From contig OZ024749.1 in NCBI GenBank assembly GCA_964016885.1, positions 35,464,001 through 35,528,000 of the forward strand: DNA of 64,000 nucleotides, read 5' to 3'. Source of the DNA: Eledone cirrhosa. Its lineage: Eukaryota. Below, one piece after another: positions 54,450 through 64,000 of this stretch. A model generated the notes under the pieces. The model did not search any database. It was not told the DNA's origin and saw nothing but the letters and a program-made list of their open reading frames with translations. Numbering within the stretch: position 1 is the stretch's first letter; every line of letters starts with the position of its first letter. The position numbers and the translations under genes are program-made.

Positions 54450-55065
54450 TCATCATCATCATAATTTAATGCTCATTTTCCACGCTAGCATGGATCAGAC
54501 TGGTTGTCCCATTTGAGACAAGTTGGGTCAGGTGACCATGTCTTATATAGAACTGTTTCTGGCTTGGTTTCTAATTCTGGATGCGTTTCCTAACGCCAAC
54601 CACATTTACAGTGTGTGCTGGGTGCTTTTTCTCGTGACTCCTACACGACCACTTTACAGTGTGGGCTGGGTGTTTTTTGTTGCGACTCCTACATGACCAC
54701 TTTACAGTGTGTTCTGGGTGCTCTTTGTCGTGATGCCTACACAACCACTTTACAATGTGGGCTGGGTGTTTTTTGTTGTGACTCCTACATGACCACTTTA
54801 CAGTGTAGACTGGGTGCTCTTTGTCGTGATGCCTACACAACCACTTTACAGTGTGAGCTGGGTGTTTCTTGTTGTGACTCCTACATGACCACTTTACAGT
54901 GTAGACTGGGTGCTCTTTGTCGTGATGCCTACACAACCACTTTACAGTGTGGGCTGGGTGTTTTTTGCTGTGACTCCTACATGACCACTTTACAGTGTGG
55001 ACTGGGTGCTCTTTGTCGTGTTGCCTACACAACCACTTTACAGTGTGGGCTGGATATATTTTGTT
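54450..55065 (-). mobile_element. SINE 3' part with the 48-bp unit amplified ~9x (alternating 96-bp dimer)
   Basis: Alternating ...GACTCCTACATGACC... and ...GATGCCTACACAACC... units. Confidence 0.85.
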
Positions 55066-55194
55066 CACAGTGTAAGGGTAGTGTGAACAGGAGTGGGTGG
55101 GTCGTGATATAGTGGTTAAGAGGCACCTATTAGATGTATGGTTGAGTCTGTGTGCACGTCTTTATATATATATATATATATAATAATGATATAA

Positions 55195-55665
55195 TAATGG
55201 AATTATTGTGTAAAGTGCCCAGGTGCACTACAACTCGTCAATGGTGCATGTATAGTACATAGAATAATATACACATGTCAGGGAAGTGAATAGTGTATGA
55301 GTCATGATATACATGTGTGTATGGAGGGGGAACATTAGGTGTAGTGTTGGCGAATCTTGGGAAGCATGGAGGTTTTAAAGGATGCAGTGTCTCAACAGCT
55401 AACAACCGATGCAGGTAGTTTGTTCCATGTTTCAGCAACTCTGATCATGAAAAAATGTTTCCGAAAGTCATGGGAGCTGTGCTGTTTTCTCACTTTGTGG
55501 GCATGCCCATGTGTGATAGACACGTGGAAATCAAAAAGGTACTCAGGGTTGTTGTTGGCAAGATGGTTAACAATTTTGTGGGTGTTTACCAAGTCAGTTG
55601 CCAGGCATCGGAGTTTCAATGTATCCATGTCCAGGGAAGCAAGGCGTTCAAAGTATGGTAGATGC
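55195..55665 (-). mobile_element. CR1-like LINE 3' end
   Basis: [18 protein letters not shown]...[39 protein letters not shown] resembles the CR1 TRGH...FFSxRVVxxWNxLP motif; 3' UTR and (ATT)n-like tail follow. Confidence 0.85.
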
Positions 55666-55698
55666 CTATATATATATATATATATACAGACATATGTA

Positions 55699-55702
55699 TA
55701 TC

Positions 55703-55764
<62 letters not shown>

Positions 55765-55899
55765 TACATATATATACATATATATATGTAAATATGTATA
55801 CACACAAATACATGTGTGTGTTAGTATATATAGATGCACACACATGTATAAATGTATGTATGAAGGGGTATGAAAGAAATGTTACTATGAAATTATATC

Positions 55900-55955
<56 letters not shown>

Positions 55956-56088
55956 TACATATATATACATATATATATGTAAATATGTATACACACAAAT
56001 ACATGTGTGTGTTAGTATATATAGATGCACACACATGTATAAATGTATGTATGAAGGGGTATGAAAGAAATGTTACTATGAAATTATA
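55699..56088. repeat. ~190-bp tandem duplication
   Basis: Two near-identical copies ending GAAGGGGTATGAAAGAAATGTTACTATGAAATTATA. Confidence 0.9.
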
Positions 56089-56296
56089 ATTTTTATTTTC
56101 AGTTTGGAAATGAAACTAGAAAATAAGAAAATAAATTGAGAAATTTATTGACTGTTTTTTTAAAATTATTATTTTGTATGTTTCTGTCACTCTAAAGACA
56201 TGCATTCAATAAAATTATATAAAAATAAATTTATCTTTTCAGTGAGAATAATGAGATTTTATGCATTTGTACATATATATATATGACATATATGTA

Positions 56297-56332
<36 letters not shown>

Positions 56333-56391
56333 TTGTCATCGCTTTACATCGCTTTTTATTTATCTATCAACTTACCTGTTTATCTCTCCCT

Positions 56392-56440
<49 letters not shown>

Positions 56441-56506
56441 GCCACACTATATATATATATATATATAATATTCAAATGAGAAATACTTTCATAACCAAAG
56501 TATATA

Positions 56507-56565
56507 TTTTATTATATATATTTCAAGGATACAGTGGTTCTTAAATATGCTTTCATCAGATAAAA
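56507..56565 (-). ncRNA. Type I hammerhead ribozyme (family A-related)
   Basis: TTTTAT-CTGATGA-AAGCATA...TATCCTT-GAAA-TATATA-TA^ATAAAA; perfect 6-bp stem I; within a 56468-56690 insert next to (TA)n. Confidence 0.8.
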
Positions 56566-56692
56566 CATAAGAGATTGGTTATTTGACATAACCTAAGGTC
56601 TTGATCCTTCAATCCTTATAGTGCTAGTAAGTTACTTCCTCAACACTCAACATTTATATAACACAAATAATATGCTAGCTTGCACACATTAT

Positions 56693-56872
56693 ATGGCAGT
56701 ATCAGTAGAGGGTCGGACGCCATGCTTTCCAGCATAGTTACGTCCCTTTACAGTCTGAGTTCAAATCCCGCCAAGGTTAACTTTGCCTTTCATCCTTACG
56801 GGGGTCGATAAAATAAAGTACCAGTAATGCACTGGGTAATTGCTGGCCTTGTGCCTAAAGTAGAAACAATTA
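56693..56872 (+). mobile_element. Meta/MESC-domain SINE
   Basis: Same family as 8235. Confidence 0.9.
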
Positions 56873-56935
56873 TATATATATATATATATAAATATATAAT
56901 GTGTATGTGTGTATCGCTGTCTGTTTATCTGTGTG

Positions 56936-56987
<52 letters not shown>

Positions 56988-56989
56988 TG

Positions 56990-57107
<118 letters not shown>

Positions 57108-57117
57108 TATATGTATA

Positions 57118-57331
57118 GGCGTGTGGCTGAGTGGTTAGAGAATTGGATTCGCAATCGTAAGGTTGTGAGTTCGATTCCTGGACCAGGCGATGCGTTATGT
57201 CCTTGAGCAAGACACTTTATTTCACGTTGCTCCTTCTACCTGGAGTTGCGACCGATAGATAGTATTAGCAATTGGAAAGACCAACGGAAACATTGTTCCC
57301 TCGGTCCGATTTGACGAAAGTCGATCGTTCC
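57118..57331 (+). mobile_element. tRNA/CORE-type SINE within (TA)n
   Basis: A box TGGCTGAGTGG, B box GTTCGATTCC, CORE TGTCCTTGAGCAAGACACTTTA. Confidence 0.9.
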
Positions 57332-57333
57332 TA

Positions 57334-57429
<96 letters not shown>

Positions 57430-57513
57430 TAATAGATAGATAGATATATACATGTTTATATATATGTATATATAGATATACATGTTTATATATATATATA
57501 TATAGATATACAT

Positions 57514-57659
<146 letters not shown>

Positions 57660-57814
57660 GACCAATCTCATCATTTCACAGATTTTGTCAAGATCCAAAC
57701 TGTTGTGATTCGTCAAATCTTATAACGACCAACTCATTATTAGCACTGGGAGGACCATTTCCATGGCAACTAACTGAACATGAGATACACCATATAATCT
57801 TATTGGCAATCACA

Positions 57815-58468
57815 ACCATCATCATCACCTCCACCACTACCATCATCACCTCTACCACAAACACCACTATAACCACCATCATCACTATCACCATCATCAT
57901 CACTATCATTATCAACATCATCATCATCATCATCATCACCACCACCACCACCACCACCACCACCATCATCACCTCTACCACAAACACCACCATAACCACT
58001 ATCATCATAATCAACATCATCATCATCAACCCTACCACCACCACCACCACCACCACCATCATTACCTCCACCACCATAACCACTATCATCACCATCATCA
58101 TCACCATCACTATCATAATCAACATCATCATCATCATCATCAACCCCACCACCACTACCACCACCATCATTACCTCCACCACCATAACAACTATCATCAT
58201 CATCATCACCATCATCACTATCATAATCAACATCATCATCATCAACCCTACCACCACCACCACCACCACCATCATTACCTCAACCACCATAACCACTATC
58301 ATCACTACCATCATCACCATCACTATCATAATCAACATCATCATCATCAACCCTACCACCACCACCACCACCACCACCACCACCACCATAACCACTATCA
58401 TCACTATCATCATCATCATCACTATCATAATCAACATCATCATCATCATCACCACCACCATCACCACT
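57815..58468. repeat. (ATC/ACC)n block with higher-order repetition
   Basis: Directly visible. Confidence 0.9.
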
Positions 58469-58779
58469 TTCAACAGAGATTAAATTTGCCTACAGCCCAG
58501 ATAGCTTAAGGGATAATTTAAGGACCAGGTTCTCTGTCTGTGTTCTATTTATATATATATATATATCATCATCATCATCGTCATTATCCGTTAATGTCCA
58601 TTTCCACTGCTAACACACACACATGTATGTATATATATGTATGTAGGTAAGTATAAGTATATAAGTGAATGTATATATGTATGTATATGTGTGTGTTTAT
58701 CTTTATATATTTGTATGTAAACTTGTTCCTCTCTTATTTTCCCTATCTCTCCATCTCCATGTATTATATATGTTTGTAT

Positions 58780-59022
58780 ATATCATCATCATCATCATCG
58801 TTTAACGTCCACCTTCCACGATAGAATGGGTTTGGACGGGAATTTTCCCACTTGAGGCAAGATTGGTTGTCTTGCTCGTATAGGACTGTCTGGCGGGTTT
58901 TCTACGGCTGGATGCCCTTCTTAACACCAACCACGTTTACAGTGTGGACTGGGAAGTTTTTACCATGTTACCTACACAGCCACATTACAGCGTGGACTGT
59001 GTGTTTTTTTTGTCGTGACACC
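58780..59022 (-). mobile_element. SINE with RTE-like tail
   Basis: Closely similar to 6812-7055. Confidence 0.8.
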
Positions 59023-59133
59023 TAATATATATATATATATATTATGTTTGTGTGTGCGTGCATATTTATATACAAATCTATATAGAAATCTATATAGAAA
59101 TCTATATACAAATATATATATATATATATATGC

Positions 59134-59363
59134 AAAAGTTCTATTTAAATTGTTGGGATACAACAAGCAAATATTTTTATAACTGATATAAAGCACTCGA
59201 CAAGTATTTGGAGTAAATATACGATATTAACAAATGGAAACTATATTTATAAAACCATATCTATTTTATTATACATATTTCAAGGATAACCATGTTAAAT
59301 TATGGTATGCTTTAATAAAATAGATATGGTTTTATAAATATAGTTTCCATTTGATAATATCGT
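59134..59363 (-). mobile_element. Family A fold-back element broken at the hammerhead core
   Basis: Arms 59220-59271 and 59313-59363; stem II and GAAA are retained but CTGATGA is replaced by the inverted arm. Confidence 0.85.
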
Positions 59364-59373
59364 ATATATATAT

Positions 59374-59568
59374 ATAGGAACAAGTAAGACCCCGACGGCT
59401 GAGCTCAAGCCATTTCGACGGCTAATTCTGGACTGAATTAGCCGTCGAAACGGCTTGAGCTCAGCCATCGGGGTCTTACTTGTTCCTATTACCCACTCTA
59501 CTACCCTAAGTATTGAGTACTTTGGTGCGTTATGGTCCACCTGGTTCCTTACCACATCTCCTTCGTTA
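59374..59568 (+). mobile_element. Family C fold-back element (second copy)
   Basis: Arms 59374-59428 and 59435-59489, loop TGGACT; tail is the near reverse complement of 38847-38925. Confidence 0.85.
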
Positions 59569-59922
59569 TATATATATATATATATAACTTTGATAATAAT
59601 AACAGTATTGCTATTATTGGGTATATACTTAACCAGAAGGCTCAATGTAATAGGTTCAAGCAGAGCTGATATATAAAGAATAATAAATACCAGAGTTGAT
59701 ATATCAACTCTTTTGTATTTATTATTCTTTATATATATATGTACCTGTGTGTGTGTGTGTATCACCTTAAACCTGAAGAAGCGGAGAGGTGGAACATATA
59801 TGTTTCTACCTGCCAGTACACTCCCAATTTCCCTGCTTTAAACCCACCCATCAGTCACCCCAAATCATACCTTACTTTTTCCTCCACCTTCATTAAATCT
59901 CCCATGTCATGTATGCATATAA

Positions 59923-60306
59923 TAATTGTTTCTACTTTTGGCAAAAGGCCAGCAATTATCCAGTGCATTACTGGTACTTTATTTTGTCGACCCCGTAAGG
60001 ATGAAAGGCAAAGTTAACTTCGGCGGGATTTGAACTCAGAATGGCAAGGGCCGTAACTCTATGCGTCAAAGCATGGCGTCCGACCCTCTACCGATACTGC
60101 CAATCCACCAATAATAATCAAAAGACAGTTACTTTAGTCCGAGCGTCAGACACCATGCTTTGCAGCACAGAGTTATGGCCCTTTACGTTCTGAGTTCAAA
60201 TCCCGCTGAGGTTAACTTTGCCTTTCATCCTTACGGGGTCGATAAAATAAAGTACCAGTAATGTACTGGGATAATTGCTGGCCTTGTGCCAAAAGTAGAA
60301 ACAATT
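59923..60306. mobile_element. Two head-to-head Meta/MESC-domain SINEs (59923-60109 minus, 60140-60306 plus)
   Basis: Both match the 8235 family. Confidence 0.88.
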
Positions 60307-60405
60307 ATTATTATAATAAAACTCCAGATAAACATATACTGTTGAGTGCTTGACATCTGTTATAAAAGTCGCCTGATTCTAAATCAACTAACTCTTTTTA
60401 ATTGA

Positions 60406-60497
<92 letters not shown>

Positions 60498-61374
60498 GTG
60501 TGTGCGTGTGTTTGTGTGTTTGTGTGTGCACATATGCATGTGTTTATAATCCCCATATACATGCTAAGGTTTTTTAAAAATATTTTCCCAACAATAACCA
60601 CCACCATAACAACAAGCACAACAAGAACAGCAACTACACGAACAACATTGAATGCACAAAGCAATTTGTAAGGTCTTTCACTGTTTCATGGTAGGTGCAA
60701 TGAACGAACACTTGCAGGTTTGTTAGCACCACCACAAGAATTAATCAGGCAGATTGATTTCCTTGGCAATTGTACAGCAAGAAATGTCCAAAGAGAAGAC
60801 CGTTTCGTTCCTTCAGATTAATTAAAGCCACAAGTGATTGTTAAATCTAACAACAATTTCTGGAGAACATCTCAAATTATTTTTCCTCCTTTCATACAAA
60901 CAAAAGCAGGAATCTCAGCTGAATTAGAAATGGAATATATTTGGCGATATGACTGTCATTACTTTGAGATTAATCTTTTATTCATAGTCACATCAATGTC
61001 TTCTGTTTCTTCTTCTCATTATTGTTGTTGCTTTTATTATTGTCCTGTACTGTCTTTAATGTCTACTTTATGTAAACCCTTGTGGTTAATAAAGAAAGCA
61101 TTATTATTTATTATTATTATTATTATTATTGAGTGGTTATTTATTTATATTATATATATATATTCTTTATTTTCTTTTTATGATATATTTCTTTTGAAAC
61201 CACTTTTGAAACAGACCAAAGACATTTCTATACTAAGGTTTCTTGTATTTGTATTACTTGGAATTGTTTAAAGAATCTTTTTTAAGAAAAAATATTTAAA
61301 TTAAAAACGAAAGAAAAAAGACAAAGAAAACTGAAAAGCAATTGAATCCTTACAAAAGTTTAACTGACCTCTTT

Positions 61375-61640
61375 GTTAATCAAAATATCTATTATATCTG
61401 TCTTACCTGTTAAAATATCTGTTATATCTGTCTTAACTGTTAAAATATCTGTTATATCTTTCTTAACTATTAAAATATCTGTTATAGCTGTCTTAACTGT
61501 TAAAATATCTGTTATAGCTGTCTTAACTGTTAAAATATTTGTTATAGCTGTCTTAACTGTTAAAAATCTTTTATATCTATTTTAACTGTTAATCAAAATA
61601 TGTTATATTTGTCTTAATTGTTAAACAAAATATCTGTTTA
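61375..61640. repeat. 30-bp minisatellite, ~8 copies
   Basis: TGTTAAAATATCTGTTATAKCTGTCTTAAC. Confidence 0.9.
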
Positions 61641-61699
61641 TTTGGTATACTGTATCCCTGCATGTTGTAAGGGGCTTTAGAATAGGAACACATGCATCA

Positions 61700-61885
61700 T
61701 AATTGTTTCAACTTTTGGCAAGGCTAGCAATTACCCCAGTGCATTACTGGTACTTTAATTTATCGACCCCGTAAGGATGAAAGGTAAAGTTAACCTCGGC
61801 GGGATTTGAACTCAGCACATAAAGGGCCGTAACTCTATGTGTCAAAGCATGGTGTCCGACTCTCTACCGATACTGCCAATCCACC
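61700..61885 (-). mobile_element. Meta/MESC-domain SINE
   Basis: Same family as 8235. Confidence 0.88.
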
Positions 61886-63294
61886 AAGGTACATTGTATC
61901 TCTGCATGTCATAAGAGGCAACTAAGGGGGTTGGCACAAGAAAGAGCATTCAATCATAATAACATTTCTTTAAAAAGGACCTTGTGATGAGCATGAATCT
62001 TAACATAGGATTCACAGGGAAAATGTTGTGTGTAGCTTTATATGTATAGCTGTGTGTATCCAATTTACACTCCATCCTTGCATGTCATAAGAGGCATATA
62101 AAAGGATTAGCACCAAGAATGACATTTAGCTGTAAAACATTGCCTCTAAAAGAGCCATATGGTGAGTATGATATCTTTCACGAGTTCCACAAGGCTAACC
62201 CCTATTTTAGCAGTGGGAAAACGACCTTAAAATGCTTTGTGTTGTATTAATAAATTGAATTAATAGAAATAAAAACAGTTGAAATTGAATTCAAAACATT
62301 ATTATAACTGTCACATGATTTATACTTTTCAAAATTTATTTAACTTCGTCGTTTGGTTTTCACAATGGAATCAAACACCAAACTTTAAACTATTTTATGG
62401 GATACAAAACGAACAGAGAGAGAATAATTTGATAGTAAATTTAATTTTCCATCAATGTACATATTCTTTATGTAATTTTACAGTATATTTTCAAATAATT
62501 ATATATTTTAGGTGGAGTAATTGGTTGGTTGGTTGGGTGATGAAAATGGTGTGTAGTGAAGGGGATGCTGGTTGTGCTGCTGGAGGGGATGGTTGATATG
62601 TGATGATGGGGATACTGGTGCTGCTGGTGGTGGGTATGGTTGATATGTGGTGATGGGGTTACTGGTAGTGCTGGTGGTGGGGATGGTTGATATGTGATGA
62701 TGGGGGATACTGGTGGTGCTGGTGATGGTTGATATGTGGTGATGGGGATGGTGACAATGGTGTAATGCTGATGGTGTGTAGCACAGGTAGGGATGCTGGT
62801 GGTGGTGGTGGTGGTGGTGGTGGGGATGTTGATATGTGGTTATGGGGATGGTGACATGTGATGGTAGTGCGATGGTGTGTAGTGAAAGTGGTGGTAGTGA
62901 TGGTGGTGGTAGTGTGATGGTGTGTAGTGAAAGTGGTGGTGGTGGTGGCATGATGGTATATAGTGAAGGTGGTGATTGTGTTGGTGTTATGTTGATGGTG
63001 TGTGGTGATAGTGATGTGATAGAGGTGGTGGTGGTATTGATGGTGGTGAAATGCTGGAGATTCAACTTGTGACCTGCCCTCGTCTCCTTTGCTAAAACAA
63101 TTTCAACTGAGAAGTATATTCCTTAATAACTCCTCAGTTGTAGAATAACATTGATTGATAGTGTCATTAAGGGAAAGAAAGAGTTACAATTATTAGTTCA
63201 ATTTCAGCCCCCACTGTCCCTGTCTATTGTATTATCCCCTTTTTGTTGGCCCTTGTGGCAAATAAAAAAAAATTATTATTATTATCCCTTTAGC

Positions 63295-63665
63295 ATCCCT
63301 TTACGTTCTGAGTTCAAATCCCGCTGAGGTTAGCCTTGCCTTTCACTCTTATGGGATCGATAAAATAAAGTACCGGTAATGCCCTGGGGTCGATTTAATC
63401 GACTTTCTCCTCTCCCCCCAAATTGCTGGCCTTGTGCCTAAATAAGAAACCATTATTATTATCTTATTATTATCAAGGCAGGGAATTGGCAGTATCAGTA
63501 GAGGGTTGGACGCCATGCTTTCTAGCATAGTTACGTCCCTTTACAGTCTGAGTTCAAATCCCGCCGAAGTTAACTTTGCCTTTCATCCCTACGGGGGTCG
63601 ATAAAATAAAGTACCCGTAATGTACTGGGTAATTGCTGGCCTTGTGCCTAAAGTAGAAACAATTA
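63295..63665 (+). mobile_element. Two tandem Meta/MESC-domain SINEs (partial long variant 63295-63452; 63478-63665)
   Basis: B box and Meta domain in both; the first has an extra internal segment. Confidence 0.85.
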
Positions 63666-64000
63666 TTATTATCTTATTATCCTTAATAATGTTATTTATA
63701 TCGCATGTTGTAACTGCATTATTGAGCACAGCTCTGTGTTGTTTTTGGTCTTGTTTATTTTATTGTATTGAAACATCGTCATTTATGTCGAGTTACTGCT
63801 TTTTAATTTCTATATTTCCACATTGATGCACGCATAGGTTTTCGTATTTCTTTTGCCTTAAATTCAAAATTTTTACTCATTTTCTGCAGAATTATACGGT
63901 GTTTATTTATCTCGTTTTTATTGTTTTCTGTGTTCATTGGTGAGTGCTTCGACCCGTTATCCACCTTTATTTTAGGCACATGTTTTCTTATCATAAACGC

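Noticed and set aside
57118-57190. tRNA genes at SINE heads
   Set aside because: A and B boxes are present but run directly into CORE or Meta domains in multi-copy elements; these are SINEs.
59769-59805. AAAC-CTGAAGA-AGC...GGT-GGAA-CATATA-TGTTT
   Set aside because: Needs several substitutions to be a hammerhead; a possible relic but below threshold.
63803-63994. 63-aa minus-strand ORF in non-repetitive sequence at the window edge
   Set aside because: No recognisable motif or splice support; could be an exon or a TE but cannot be called. The same holds for the unique stretches at 48620-48930 and 60665-61000.

Overview
AT-rich animal genomic DNA with no supportable host protein-coding exon, and very dense in microsatellites. 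The SINE and LINE repertoire and (TA)n density suggest a coleoid cephalopod such as Octopus (inference). Nearly all supplied ORFs are read-throughs of simple or tandem repeats; the rest are short LINE remnants (RTE, CR1, R4/Dong, Tx1-like). Contents: tRNA-derived SINEs (Meta/MESC-type and CORE-type), piggyBac-like MITEs, and tandem arrays with 17, 21, 30, 40, 45, 48, 87, 106 and 136 bp units, several visibly derived from retroelement segments. Main finding: about 20 short (80-400 bp) non-coding elements, mostly embedded in (TA)n tracts and falling into at least five families (my labels A-E). They carry complete, degenerate or half type I hammerhead ribozyme motifs (stem I-CUGANGA-stem II-GAAA-palindromic stem III-NUH), often followed by AATAAA or a similar signal. 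They look like Penelope-like-element pseudo-LTR or retrozyme remnants. Many are fold-back palindromes whose junctions fall inside the ribozyme's own stems, and one is a 3x136 bp tandem ribozyme array. All calls were made by eye, boundaries are approximate, and no database search or folding program was run.
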